From the human T2T-CHM13v2.0 reference genome, Homo sapiens, in assembly GCF_009914755.1 (NCBI RefSeq), contig NC_060929.1: a DNA stretch of 64,000 nt; one strand, written 5' to 3'. The notes beneath the pieces were generated by a model. The model saw only the letters and a list, made by a program, of their open reading frames with translations. It did no database searches and was not told where the DNA came from. Shown here piece after piece: positions 45,890 to 60,600 of the stretch (positions are counted from its first letter, which is position 1; each line of letters begins with the position of its first letter). A program made the position numbers and the translations under genes.

Positions 45890-46062
45890 CCAGGCCTGGC
45901 TACATAATTTATGGGACCAGTACAAAATAAAAATGTGCATTACTTAGTTCAAATATTACTAAGCATTTCTTGATGGCAGAGTCAGAGCTTTAAACTAAGC
46001 ATAAGGCCCATCTGCGCAGGTTCTTGTGAGACTGTACTGGTTACAAGCCCATGACGTGAACT
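45890..46062 (+). mobile_element. MER45A-like hAT-Tip100 MITE
   Basis: 'caggcctggctacataatttatgggaccagtacaaaataaaaatg…cagagctttaaactaagc' matches the recalled MER45A. Confidence 0.8.
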
Positions 46063-47599
46063 GAGATCTTGGTTGTACCTTCTACTGTGCAAAGATCTGA
46101 GATGGCAAAATAAAAAGTAGAAGGATATGGGCTTCAAGTGCTTGCACATTAGTAAAGCTACCATGGCATCACTAGGGAGCAGTGTGCAGTCATATATACC
46201 TCTGAGATAAGCTCTACAGTACTATCTAAAATGACAGTAGAAATTTGGAGTTTGGAGAAATGAGTATGAGAAGTCACACACATCCTGAGAAATGACATTG
46301 GTTCTTTGCAAGAGGGTGAACTGTGGGGTCTTGTGCAAGTAACTTATCATGGACTATCCTTATTTATAAATCTTTGTAATTATTTTTGAGGCTGCTTAGG
46401 GCCTGCTGGCCATTAATTATATTCTCCAATACTGAGAAGTGAAAGTTCTGCCATGAAGCTCTGTATGATAGATATATACATTCAATTATAGTTGATATAT
46501 TTATATTTCTGCATATTCTCATCAAATAGTATGGTTTGAATTATATAATATTTTGGTTTTAGGCTAAATTACAATAATACAGTAATATAAGAAACAGAAA
46601 ATATTTTATCCTGTTAGTGGAGGTGATGGAAAAGTCTTATATCATATTTGAAAATTATACTGTGTTCCAAATTTCTGAATCAAATCCAGGGTATTTTTGA
46701 GCTGGCAATGTCAGTTAAATGGCTTGTTGAAAAATGATGACAGCTTAAGGTGTAGTTTGAGTTCTTTGTTGGCACCAGATACAGAAATTGCAGTTACTTT
46801 TTTGACAATTGTTAGTGCCACTTATTCTATTATTCTGTGTCCTGGTACCATTGGTAGAAGGGAATGAAAACAATAAACAATTACCTTTAGAAACTGTGTG
46901 CACTGATTTTGCAGGGGTAGAGAATGTAGTTGTCGTATTTTCTGGAGGACAAAATCTCAAGGGCCTCTTCTGATGTTTTCCACAATTTTATAGGATAGTT
47001 TTAGTACTTTGCAGTCACTATCACAGTTTCATACTTAACTAGGAGGAAAAAAAATCTGCCATTAAGTAGTCTTGGATACAGAAATGATTTTCCAAATGTT
47101 GAATTTCTCTGGATGTAAGTGTCCAAAAACATTCTTCATAACAGAGTAAGAAGTAGTTCGGTGAAATTCTAATTTCCTTTATTTTTTAAAAAAGAGTTTT
47201 AAATAGAAAAATTAACATCTGCTTATCATTAAAGAATTAAGCAGAATAAAAGTGTTTATGATTAAATATAAGTATCATTCACCCCACTCTCCACTCCCCA
47301 AAGCATTTTATTTTCTATACACATATGCATGCATGGGCACACATACACACATTTTGATGTTGAATTGTTTTTCCTACGTTTTTTGAATTTTTAATAAAGA
47401 TTTTAAACTGAAAATGAAGTATTTAGCTTCTAAAGACATATGCCACAATATTATCTCTGCTGGTTTATGAAAATTAGCACAACTAGTCCATCAAATATCA
47501 AACGCAGACTCTTACCTTCAGGGTATGTAAGAGGAGACTTGACTTTGACAGATGATGGGAGATAGTCTATATGATACAGAGTAGAGAGATTTAGGCCTA

Positions 47600-48800
47600 G
47601 TAAAGAATGATGCATCTTTTCTTTGTCCTCCTCCTGTGAGGAGGGAAAAAGCCTCTCTACCCAAGCCTACTCGTGTTATTTTGAGAAGACCTCTCACACT
47701 TACTGGGGGGAGTCTGCAAGAAGGGGAGATCAGTATCTCACTCCCCTGCTGGATGTTTCCTAGATAGGACCTGGTTCTGCCATGGGACCAGGCTTAAGTT
47801 TGATAAGAAAGTTTATATGGCAAATCACCATTTATCCCCTGAAGACAGGAAGGACACACACACGGACCCAAAAGCTTGATTCCTGCCTGGAGCATCCCAA
47901 AGGCAGATTAAGGAGAGAGAGAAGCTGTAAAACAAGCCCACACTACTGCCACTTGGTGTGGGAAGATATGTGACACTACAGGGGACCCTATAGAAGGTAA
48001 CTTGGCTTGAAGTGTATCAGTGAACTTTTCCCCCAAAATCAGCTGGGCATGGTGATAAGAGGATTCTAGTAATGGGATGTTTGGGGACACATCAGTGGGG
48101 CAGCAAGTGAGAGTGTTTCACAAGAGGCAACTGGAGGAAGCAAGGCTCACGTCAGGGGTGATGTAATGGGAAGGTTTACTTAGAAGAACCGCAATTCATC
48201 GCAGTTTACTTCTAGCACTTGGCTACCTGCTATACTGACAGTTGGTATGGATAGATTGCATCAACTACATGAGATTTTAGCCTCTTTTCTTCCAATCCCA
48301 CCTCTGACAGTGGAGGAGACCCTAAAGCAGCAGGGTGAGAGTGGAAGAGGAGGAGATCTGATAGAGCAAAGTAGAAGCAGAAAAGAGACTTACTCTTCTA
48401 AGCCCCATTGTATGTCTCTAAGCCATCACCCACACCTGGGGTGGGGGATGGGGAAATGTTGCAGTAGATGTGATTTGGAGGAGTTAGAATGGGATTGATT
48501 TTTTTTTAGTATCTGAAAATGAAAAGAGACTCACCCTTCCATCACCATTGCATGTCTCCCAAGCCATCACCCACGCCTGGGCTGGGGGATGGGGAAATGT
48601 TGCCGTAGACATAACTTGGAGGATTTAGAATGGGATTGATTTTTTTTAGTATCTGAAAATGAATCATAATTATTAAAAGAAAAGACTGTTCTCATGAGTT
48701 GAAAGTGACCCAAAAGCCATGGGCTCGTTCCTGTGATGGGAAAGTGCAGTGTAAAGTCAGGAACATAGAGCCAAAGCCAATTTTATCCAATGTTAAACTC
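47600..48800. mobile_element. Ancient LTR-like element (possibly MamGypLTR-type)
   Basis: GC-richer block with 'gagttgaaagtgacccaaaagccatggg', reminiscent of ancient mammalian Gypsy LTRs. Boundaries are uncertain. Confidence 0.35.
48380..48663. repeat. Two-copy 141-bp tandem duplication
   Basis: 'gaaaagagact…aagccatcacccac…ggggatggggaaatgttgc…tagaatgggattgattttttttagtatctgaaaatgaa' starts at both 48380 and 48521. Confidence 0.93.
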
Positions 48801-49647
48801 TCAATAAGTAATTTATACGTAAGAAAATTGTGTATACTTTGTGAGCAAATGTGAACAAACTACTTGTGATGCTCTATAATTTTACCCCTTAATATATGGA
48901 ATATATTGAATATAATTGGATATATAATATATATCATATATATAATTCCATATATATTGAATATATGGAATATAATATATGGAAGGAATGTGTTGGATAT
49001 TCCTTAAAGGAGTATACTATATTAGTTAGGGTAATGCTAGCTGCTGCAACAGATAAACCTCAAAATCACAGGGGCTTAGCTGATTAAACGCTTATTCTTT
49101 GCTCATATGATCAGCAGCAGGCTTTTCTGCAAGTGGATATTCAAGGCTCTGGGCCTGGGCTTTTTCTTTTAGAAGCTTTACATCTTGAACATAACAGCAT
49201 CCAAGCTAGCTATGTTTCTTTTCATTAAACAGGGGGAAAGAACACAGAAGTGGAATTTGAGAAGTTTTTGTGGGGTAGGCTCAGATGGCCACACACTATT
49301 TCTGTCCACATTCCACTGGCCTCTATACATCACCATACCTGCCTGCCAGGGCAACTTGGAAAATAGTCTACTTCTGTCACTACTATGAAAAATACAGTGC
49401 TTTTTTTTAACTACCTAAAACCTAATAAGCTAGTATATCTACATTGATCTTCATAATAGCTACAGAATATTCTCTTTTATGGCTACTCCATAATTTATGT
49501 GAGCTGATCTCTATTGATAGGCATATACATGTTTCTAGCATTTGTTTCTGACTTCAAACAATGATGCCAATAAAATCCTAATTTGGGCACATATATGTCA
49601 TTCTTATGTAAGATTCATTCTTAGAAGTGAAATTGCTAGTTAAAAGG

Positions 49648-50014
49648 TTTATTAGTTCATTTTTACACTGCTGATAAAGACATTCCCAAGACTGGGCAGT
49701 TTACAAAAGAAAGAGGTTTATTGGACTTGTAGTTCCAGTGGCTGGGGAGGCCTCACAATATGGTAGAAGGCAAGGAGAGGAACAAGTCACATCTTTCATG
49801 GATGGCGACAGGCAAAGAGAGCTTGTGAAGGGAAACTCTCATTTTTAACACCATTAGATCTTGTGAGACTCATTCACTATCATGAGAACAGTGCAGGAAA
49901 GACCCGCCCCCATAATTCAATCACCCTCAACTGGTTTTCTCCCACAACACATGGGAATTGTGGGAGCTACAATTCAAGATGAGATTTGGGTAGGGATGCA
50001 GCCAAACCATATCA
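49648..50014 (-). mobile_element. THE1B-like solo LTR
   Basis: …ctgctgataaagacattcccaagactggg…cagccaaaccatatca; perfect 5-bp TSD AAAGG (49643-49647, 50015-50019). Confidence 0.93.
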
Positions 50015-51192
50015 AAAGGATATAAGCAATTTTAATTATTTTTTAATAAATAAATTATTAATTTTTTTGCCTTCCAAAAAGATATCAGACATCTAACAAT
50101 AATAGCTAATGTTGTTGTTTGCTTCCCCTACAACCTTGCCAACACTGTATGCATATTATTGATGATACTTGTCAGCCTTATTGAGGAACTAGTGTTTCAC
50201 TAGTGATTTGCATTTCTTCCTTTTAATAAATGAATCTTTTATTTATTTGTTTTTGTTAGTTGCAATTATCTGTCAATGTATCCATTATGGCTAATTTTCT
50301 CATATTAAAGCAGTGGGTAGCAGATTCATAATCTGCCACTTAAGCATAATCTGCCATTCTGTGGCTTTGGATGAGTTGTAACTTGACATTACTTATCCAA
50401 AGTGCTTACATTTCTCATTTCGAAAGTTAGAATGCTAGATTTGTTTTTTAAAATAAGGATCTCTACAATATCTACAAAAAAAGTTTCATAAGCAGTGAGG
50501 CTTTATGACAGGAACATGCCACTTGCAACGGATGTCTTAATGAAGTGAAAGACATACCACTGGAGGCATTCAATGCATTTAAGAGTTGAAATGTTTCCCA
50601 GAACATTGGTGTAACACTGTATGGTGTGATACCTAGTAATCCAACCAAATCCAATGATTCTATAATGTTATACAGTGAAAATTTTTAAATTACAAAAAAA
50701 GAAAAAAGTAATTGAAGTTTCCAGTTTGTTATTATCTTCTTTTATATGCTTTATATTCTTTTATGTTCTTATAGATCTTTCTATTGGACAAAAACATTGA
50801 AAAGTAAAATATTTAAACAAATTTTTGACAAAAATAAGCAAGTATAAAACCTAAAATAATTTGTATTGATGTTCATTTCTGAAGATGTTTATTGCTTAAT
50901 TTGCTTAAACTAAAATTTAATTTGCATATTTCTATAGCCAGGTTCTTAGGACTCAATTTGCATATATAGGCTTAATTTACATGTACACACATATATGTAT
51001 ATTGTGTTTGTGTATATCTATTGCTTTGGATACATGAGAAATAATTTGGGTTGTTACCAAAACTCCTTGGTATCAGTTCAACGTAGAGCTTGGTTTGTTA
51101 GAAGGCAAGTATGATCCAATGGTCAAACTTGAAGATCAGTGGTTAAGGTTGAGTATCCCAGTAAGAGAACTTCTAAGCCAGTGACTCCAGAG

Positions 51193-51250
51193 TGTGTGTG
51201 TGTGTGTGTGTGTGTTTGTGTTTGTGTGTGTATGAGAGAGAGTGAGAGAG
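51193..51250. repeat. (TG)n-(AG)n compound microsatellite
   Basis: Seen directly in the sequence. Confidence 0.9.
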
Positions 51251-51703
51251 AATGAGAACTAGGGGTGAGAGGATCCTCTGTCTTAGAGGCTCCTGCTTCT
51301 GAAGTCCACTGGGAGCCAAGATTCACCTCACAGGTGAGGAAGGAGAATCCAGACAGGAGTCTGATCAATCAAGACAATGAAGGTTTCAGGCAAGTTTCCA
51401 AGGGAAAATGTAACCATCTTTGCTTTATGTGGTCTCTACTGGGTTCAGAGGTAAAGCTGTGAGGCACACAGGGTTCATGTTTGTGATTTCTGTTCCCTAA
51501 CTCTTACTTCACTTCCACCTCTTCATCCACTTATGAGGCTAAGAAAGCTGAAGTAACTTCAGGGCTTAAATTGGAGAGCAGTGTTGGTAACATAAGGGAG
51601 ATCTGATTTCAGTGTTCTTTTGTAACGTTTTTGAATTAAATTATTGTCTTTATATTCACCTCTCATTTCCCTGACTTAATTCTGTGCAGATGGTGGGTAT
51701 TTA

Positions 51704-52333
<630 letters not shown>

Positions 52334-54099
52334 AGATAAAACTGGATCAAGAAAGTATAAACCTCACTCTTTAACCAGTAGGCATGAATTGGTATCAATC
52401 TCTTTAATACATTATAAAATGCATTAATGCATTATGTAACATTTTTATGTGAAACTGAAATGCAAATATTGAGCCTAAAATAGTCCTGAAATTATGTTCA
52501 ATAAGCAACATATCTAAACAAAACCAACATATAGAATAGTACTTCATGTCTTAGAGGTTTTAATAATCAAATCTGTATTTTGCATAGTGGCTTTTATACA
52601 TGTTTAAGTGTTTCCCTGTGGATTGTCTTAAAAGCTAATGAATTCAGGGGCCATTGGGAATGCCAGACAGTAGCTTTTCATTAGATTGCACTAATGCCAC
52701 AGGCATTTAAAGTGAGCATCACCGACGTCAACATTCAGAATTCCTCTTGCCACAAAACAGTCGTAAGCATTGTGTAGAAAGAAGAAACACAGTTTCTATA
52801 AAAGAGACCAGTTAGAAAACAACATTCTTATCTCAAGAGAACAACATTCCCAGATGGTTTCTCAATGGTTAGAAATTGGTTGTTCGTTAAATGAACCAAA
52901 ACTGTCACCTTGTCACTGAAAAATTGCCAATGAGGTGTACAGGCAAGTCTTCATTAAGTGACTCACAGAAGGGAGGGAGGTGACACTGCATGATAGCTAT
53001 TTACTTAGTAAAGGTGAAGAAAAATTCAGGAAGGTTTAGAAAGAGGGAGATTAAATCTCACATTATTTCTTGTACAGAAAACAGCAATGACTCCTGAGGC
53101 TGGTGTCATCTCCGAGTCTATCTTCCTTGCAATATACTCTCCATGGCTGGTGAGGAAAGAATGGCGAAGCTAATCATGAGCATATACTCCTAGCTCTAAA
53201 CACAATATATATCTTGAGTGTAACCACTTATGACCACTGCAAACACCCTAAGCTAAGTCAATATTATCCCTCCTCTGGATCACTGTGATTGGCTTCCTAT
53301 TTATCTTGTATCTATTTTTGTCCCTTTGCAATCTTTTTGCCCTACTGCAGACAGAATGGTCCATTTAAACAAAATCAGGTGCTGCTAGTCCCCTTTCTTT
53401 TCAGGCCTTATATGATCTGACCTTGTTTCTTAACCTCTTACCAAACTTCAATTCCAATTTCTCACAATTTCAGAAAAAGTGTTCTCATTTGGTCATCTCT
53501 GTGCTTTGCTTATTTTCTTTTTTTTAACCTCAAATCCTCTTTCTTGTTTTTGGCTTCCTTCAAAAGATGAATCTGAGCACAGCTTATTCCTATATTGAAA
53601 CTGGTGACTCTGCATGCCAAGCTATTGTAACTTCATGATTTCTAATGCAAAACAAAATTCAGCCACAAACACTACTACTGCTGCTGCTGCTGCTAGTCTC
53701 TACCTACTTTAACCTTCTATTTTCCATACAGCAAATAGAGAAAAGTGGTCAATTTTAGACGAGAGTCTTGGGCTCCCAAACTCTAAATCACATGTATTTG
53801 GCTTAAAAAAGGAAAGGCCCTATTGGCTGAATTTCAGAGACTGAGAACTAAAATTAAACGGTATATGAAAAACTTTGCCCTATTTTACTGAGGTTAAAAC
53901 AACTACTTTCATGGGGATAACACCTTTACTGATTATCACTAAGGGACAGAGTATGCACCCTTGCCACCTCACCCTCCCAATATAGGAGGGACCCATTACT
54001 TTTACTTATTCAAATACTCACATAACCATTCCAAATACTGAAAGTATATTAAATTAATTGTGTTTAATCCTTACTTTTCATAGGCTTTTAAAGATGCTA

Positions 54100-54628
54100 T
54101 GTTTATTAGTTTTCTATTGCTGCATTAAAAATTACCACAAATTTGGTGACTTAAAACAACAGTTGTTATTATCTCCATTTCGGTAGGTGGGAAGCCTGGG
54201 CGGGGTTGATTAGGTTCTCTGCTCAGAGTCTCAAGGCCAAAATCGAGATGTTGGGCTGGCTGTGCTTCCATCTGCAGGCTTGGGGAAGAGTGTTCCTCCA
54301 AGCTCATTCAGTTTGTCGGCAGAGCCTAGTTCCGTGTGGCGGCAGGTCTCAGGTTCCTGTTTCCTTGCCGGCTGTTGTCTGGTAGCTTCTCTTTGTTCTT
54401 AAAGGCTACCCACTTTCCTCTTCATCTGGCATTGAATCTATCTCATGTTTCAGATCTCTTAGGCTTTCTCTTCCATCACCAGCTGAAGAAAGTTTTCTGC
54501 TTCTAAGGCTAATGTGATTACATTGAATCCACTCAGAAACTCTATCCTAAAGCAAACTTGTGCCCAGTTTCCAGGGATTAGAGTGGGACACTTCTGAGGG
54601 ATTATTTCAGAAATTCTGCCTTCACCAC
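54100..54628 (-). mobile_element. MLT1-type LTR
   Basis: 'tattagttttctattgctgcattaaaaattaccacaaatttggtgacttaaaacaac…ttctgccttcacca'. Confidence 0.75.
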
Positions 54629-54701
54629 TAATCTAACACAGGCATTCATTACCATAATTCAAGAGATAATTCAAGAGATATTCTCTCATTATCACTTAGG
54701 G

Positions 54702-54964
54702 TTTTTTTTTTTTTTTTTGAGACAGAGTCTTAGTGGCACGATCTCAGCTCACTGCAACCTCTGCCTCCTGGGTTCAAGTGATTCTCCTGGCTCAGAGCCT
54801 CCCAAGTAGCTGGGACTACAGGCGTGTGCCACTACACCCAGCTAATTTTTAGTAGAGACGGAGTTTCACCTTGTTGGCCAGGATGGTCTCGATCTCTTGA
54901 CCTTGTGATCTGCCCGCATCGGCCTCCCAAAGTGCTGGGATTACAGGCACCACTGTGCCCGGCC
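54702..54964 (-). mobile_element. AluS/Y-like element with several small internal deletions
   Basis: Antisense Alu; TSD tcattatcactt (54686-54697, 54965-54976). Confidence 0.92.
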
Positions 54965-57009
54965 TCATTATCACTTCTTATACTAAATTTCTGTCAATAC
55001 ACAAAATACATGGATTCCAGTTTTCAGACCTTTCCAAAAATAATTGCCTTTCTTAACTAATCACCAGGGAAAGTATCACTGAGTTCCTTGTCAGAGTTAA
55101 AATGGCACTTTAAAAGGGATTTCCCAGTTTTAACTGAGAAATGTCCTTTTCTTATTTATGTGGCAAATAATCTTTCAATGATGGTACACATGTGGGAGAT
55201 TTCTGCATTTTCTTTAGGCAAAGATAAAACCTTTGCTGTGTTCCCACAAAGCCTACCTCATGTCTCTTAACATTTTGGGCTGTAATTTATAATTCTATTT
55301 TTGCTTCTATTAGTGGGTTTGAATTCTCCGAAGGTAGGCCTATAGCACTGAGGCAATTCCTTAGAATATAGTAGGTGGTTAAAATCTTTGCTGAATGAAC
55401 AAGCTGAGATGGAATGGTATACAAGGGATGGTGTCACAGTATAAAACAGAAGATCAGGGGACTTTATGGGGTTTGAGAAATTGGCAACTTTATTTTTATG
55501 GTAATGATATTAAGTTAATATCATTATTCTACAGGCCTAACTTGTTCTTTCAGGTACTATACTTCATTTTATTCTTATATCACCTCACTGGAGTAAGCAA
55601 GTATTATAGACCTTTTAAAGTTAAGAAAAACTCATCATAAATAAGTTCAAGTTCAAGCACAGCCAGTACTTGATCTCCAGCTGGGAGGTAACATGACAGA
55701 GCAGAAAAAAAAAATGAGTTTTACAATCAGACAGGCATGGACTTTTAGCAGCTGTTTGAACAGAAAATTACATTTTCTGAGATTTAAATTTTTCTTTTAA
55801 ATCTCTAAGATGCAGATATTTTGTACCTTAGATGATTATGAAAAAATTCATTTATATATTTTAATATGAAAATTCCCTAGAAACATACCTGTCTTATATT
55901 AGAAACTTACTAAATGTTTTATTTCTACTTTTGATTTTAAGACCATTGTAGCAGACTTTGTAGTCTTTGGCACATCTCTATGTATACTTTTTCTCCCACT
56001 TTCTTCATTTTCATCTTTCATTTTGTTCCCACCACTGTATGCCAAGAGATCTCATGTTGCCCTAAATTCATCCAGGAAGCAAGAATAGAAAACTAATTCT
56101 CACTAAGGTGTTAGAATGCAATAACAGTAATAATAATAGCTTCAATTGACTGAGTAGTGTATATTCGCTACAGTTTATATACATTGCCTATCTTTACACC
56201 ACATTTACAAATTAGAGATGATAACCTCCAGTTTTTGAAAAAAGAAACTGGTTTAAAAATGTAGTAATTTGTCCAAAGTTACATAGCTAGGAAGAAAAGC
56301 AGCTGAAATTCATAGCCAGCCAGAACTGACTTTAGTGTTACACTTTCTTCATTATACAGTTTTCTCTTCCTCTCAAGAAGTATAACTGGTTGGCTGGCCT
56401 CTGGGATTGGATGAGAATATTCTTGGCTGAGGAAGTCCTCTAAACCTTTTCAAGTCTATCATTCAGGTAATTCTTGGAGCCCCTGCTCTTCCATGGTCCC
56501 TAGACCCTATTATATTAAGATAAGAAACCCATTTTTTCCCAAGCTTTCCCAGAATTGCACAAGAGATTTTTAGCTGCTATGAAAATTTGTCAGGTAGCAC
56601 TGAGGAGGATTAGTTGGGGTTTTCCTGGAATTGGTAGGGGTAATCTTGGGCTTGGACAGGAGGAGAAAAAAGAAGATCCTAGAAAAGAAACTGAACTCTG
56701 GACACAGGGAAGATAGAACAAATTCAAGTCAAGTACACAAATATCGTGATGTTTCATTTGAGATGTTATATAGTGAGGACTCTGGACTCTGGAGAGGGAG
56801 TGTTGGTTTGGGAGTAGATGCTCCTGAGGATAGAGTGGTGAATTAGAAGAGTGGAGACTATTTCAGTATAAATGTCTGTGTGCATCTGTGTTCTGGGCTT
56901 TGCTAGTAGGGACATAATGAATATGGGACAAGACAATAATAAATATAAAAATTGTAATGAACTTTCTTAATGAGTAAGATGCAAGCCAATATTGAAAATA
57001 AAAATTCTG

Positions 57010-57128
57010 AGTCGGGTGCAGTGGCTCACACCTGTAATCCCAGCACTTTGGGAAGTTGAGGTGGGAGGATTGCTTGAGGCTAGCTTGGCCAACATGGTGA
57101 AACCCCATCTCTACTTAAAAAAAAAAAA
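57010..57128 (+). mobile_element. Alu left monomer (FLAM-like)
   Basis: Monomer with A tail; flanking repeat aaaattctgagt on both sides. Confidence 0.85.
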
Positions 57129-57465
57129 ATTCTGAGTAGCTTGGTTCTAGACATGTTACATGTTTCAGTAGTTCTGATTCAGGGGCTTATAAGAGGGCCT
57201 TATGAATGGAGAGGGGCCACCAGAGGAAATCTGATAGCAAGGAAATTTCCTGTTTGAAAAAGTAGTTCTATATCCAGCATTTTCCTTCTAGCTGAGTCAG
57301 GCAAACTCCTACACATTTAGAAAATATATGTTTGCTAAAAAAATATATACTTTGTATTTATAGAACTGTGCAGAATGTAGCAAGAGTGAACAACTGAATA
57401 CAATCAGTCATAACATATTTTTCCCACGATGAATAAAAATGCTACCCATAAGGACTATTACGAAG

Positions 57466-57467
<2 letters not shown>

Positions 57468-57506
<39 letters not shown>

Positions 57507-57515
57507 TGTGTGTGT
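57468..57515. repeat. (TG)n microsatellite
   Basis: About 23 TG units with one interruption. Confidence 0.95.
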
Positions 57516-57574
57516 TTCATTTAAGGCAGTTCTATTAGGATAAATAAGATGTCATTTATTGTTAAATAAACTTT

Positions 57575-57694
57575 ATTTCTTTTTTCTTTTTTAAGTGACG
57601 TAATCTCACTATGTTGCCCAGGCTGGCCTCAAACTCCTGGGCTCAAGTGATCCTCCCACCTCAGCCTCCTGAGTAGCTGGGATTAGAGGTGCAC
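57575..57694 (-). mobile_element. FLAM/AluJ monomer
   Basis: 'tctcactatgttgcccaggctggcctcaaactcctgggctcaagtgatcctccc'. Confidence 0.85.
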
Positions 57695-60600
57695 TGTTTT
57701 TTTAACTAAAGAATGTCTAGAATACCCACCCAGTAGCCTCATTTTAGTAAATATGTCTTTGCTGTATTATGCCAATTATGTTTCTGGCTTATTCGTGATC
57801 TTTTTTTCTTATAGGAAAGAGGACATTTTATTCCTTTTCATTTCAACATTATGTGATGCCATTCCTTAGGTTGCAGTTACCCCTTTCTCTTAGATCTTTG
57901 ATCAAATTAAGCCAAAAATAAGTAGGAGACAAAATGATAGGACCATTTTTCTAGGGAAAAAGACTTTTTGAGTTTAGTCTCTTTAGAGCACATGTATGCT
58001 TCAATCAACTTTATGCTTGTCTTTTCAATTTCCATACCCTACTGGGCATCCATTGAAGGCCCTTGGCAGGACAGAATGGGGTCAGAGAAACATATGCTGG
58101 AAGGATGCACGATAGTGTTCAGGTCCAGCAAATGTTGCTGTACTTTCTATAGAAAAAGGGAGCTGACAAATGGTTATTGAAATAATTGCCTTAAATTCAG
58201 GAGATAGTGCTTTCAGAAATTGATAAAAACAAGTTTGAAATATGTGTTTTGACAATTATTCTGTTTTCTTTTGGAAGTGCGACACATGTCAGGAGAATTG
58301 ATAACTTAACTTGCTTTTATATTAATTTTCTACCCTGCAGTCAAAATAAAGCCAACATCTATTTTGTGCTAGATAATAGGGAATGATTTAATATTTGAAC
58401 AAAGAAATGCAAGTCAAATAATGTATGATGACCCTAAATGTGTCACTTGCTGTAGGTTGATGAAAGAACTTGGTTCTGTTTGCTCATTGAGAAAATGAAC
58501 TGGAATTATCTGCTATAAGAAATATTTTAGGTCCTACTTAAATCATACTAATGCAATGAGAAAAAATATCATTAATTTAATTTATGTTCTAGTTTGAGGC
58601 CTAGATTGGATATTGAACTTGGATAACGTTTTTAAAGTTCATTGATAGTGATGCAATTGAACTCAATTGCTATTGGAAATTGTATTCAGTAAATTAAATT
58701 GAAATGACTAAATTTAGACAATTTTCTTGCCCCAGTTTTATTTCTTTAAGTTATTGATCAACTCAGACGAACTGTAAATTGGACTAGAAGATACAAAGTA
58801 ATAACTTAGAAATTCAGCTATAAAATAAAAAAGAATCTACCTTTTGTGTTATGGAGAAATTTCATTGGGTTAAAAATATGTTTAGTCTCATGCAGAAAAC
58901 TCTATCTTCCCCTTGTGCTAGTGCCTATGCACATAATCTGTTTTGATTGATTGCTGACCCTGCAACACTACCAGGAGTACTCCTTAGCCATTTTAGAGAA
59001 TAATTTAAACCTTCAATAAGGCAAAATACTTCGAAACGAGAGAAGCAATTAACATCCAATATCCAGAAATGAATTTGTGAATTCAGAAATATGAAATTTG
59101 TTTTTGTTGTGAGAGACTTTCAATTTCAAAATTTCACTTGTATATTTTGGTCTAGAACTTAACTTCCATTCCTCAAAGAAAATTGTCAGTATATCCAAAT
59201 AAAACATATACTTGGAAACCCTGAAATGTTTTATCTCCTGGTTTCTTAACTTGGATCCTGGTTATTTTCCAACCAGTAACTTGTTTCCTGATAATTCATA
59301 TGATGTAAATATAAAGTACTTAATTCTCTTGTATTTTTAGCTAGGTAACATTAGCTTGAAATTTTATGTCTGATTTTGGGTGAAAGAACCACTTAGAAAA
59401 AGAAAGACATGCATGTGAAAGCCAGCATCTAAAAATAGTTTCTAAATATGAAGCAAAGAAGGTACTGTAGTCTTCCTTATAATTAGACATGTGCCAGAAT
59501 GTTGATGTGGAGGCATGAAACTCAGTTATGAAAAGAGGAGGAAAATATGGACAAAAAATACTGAGAAAAAAGGGTTTTATAATTTAATTTTGAGGATTTT
59601 AAGACAATTAAATACTCCTAAGTAGTCTTTATTTCTACTTTATTTAAAAGATTCCAATTTGAACACACACACCCTGAGAAATTAAAACAGTATGATATTT
59701 CTAAATGTCAAATGTATGTTTCCCAACAGAAAAATTAAACATGCAGTTGGTTTGATATAAAATAAGAATCATCATGAAATTATGTGACTGATATTTGCAA
59801 TTTTATTCAGTAAAACATGTCTGTGTTTCAGATATAGTGTATACAATTAACACAGTAATTCTCATATGGTATAGAATGAGTAGTTGTATATTTATATACT
59901 TGTTCTCCTTCTGTGAGTGTTGTAAAGATTATTAGTTCTTGACTTTCAGCATTCTGAGAAATGCATGTTTTACAAAATGTAAAAATTCACTACAAAATCC
60001 ATAAAATCTACTCATTTAAAAATGTATTTAAGTCCTTTAAAGTTAAAAAAACAAAACCAAACCTTTTTACTGGCAAAGTTTTTCAACTGAGGGGCATAAA
60101 AATGTAGGAGCTATACTAAGACTTGTTTTTATTTTTTAATGCAAATGAAATTAATAAATTTAGTATTAAAATATATTTTGTATTTCTGTGAAAATATAAA
60201 CAATTATGAACAGTTATGTCTGTCTATACACGGGTGGTGCTGAATTTAAAATAGGGATAGCAAAATGGTGAATTTGGGGAAGAATCTAGTCAGCATATGT
60301 GTTCTCTGAGTAGAAATTTCAAGAAAAATAGCATCAATTTGTACTAGCTGTTTCTTGGAATCTTATTCCTTTAGAAGTTGTCTATTCTCTCCCTCTGTAC
60401 AACGCTTTCTTTTAAAACACTAAATGCTTTTCTTTCCCATGAAACTCTTAACTTCAGTGATGTTGGCTAATCTTTGGACACTGAAGCCTGTTAGCCTCTT
60501 TTAGAAGTTTTCAGGATAATCCAGTGGCAAAGGAGTGTCACTATGAAATGTTGTCAATGGCCTATGAATATAGAATATAGATAATTGGATGCCATCTACA

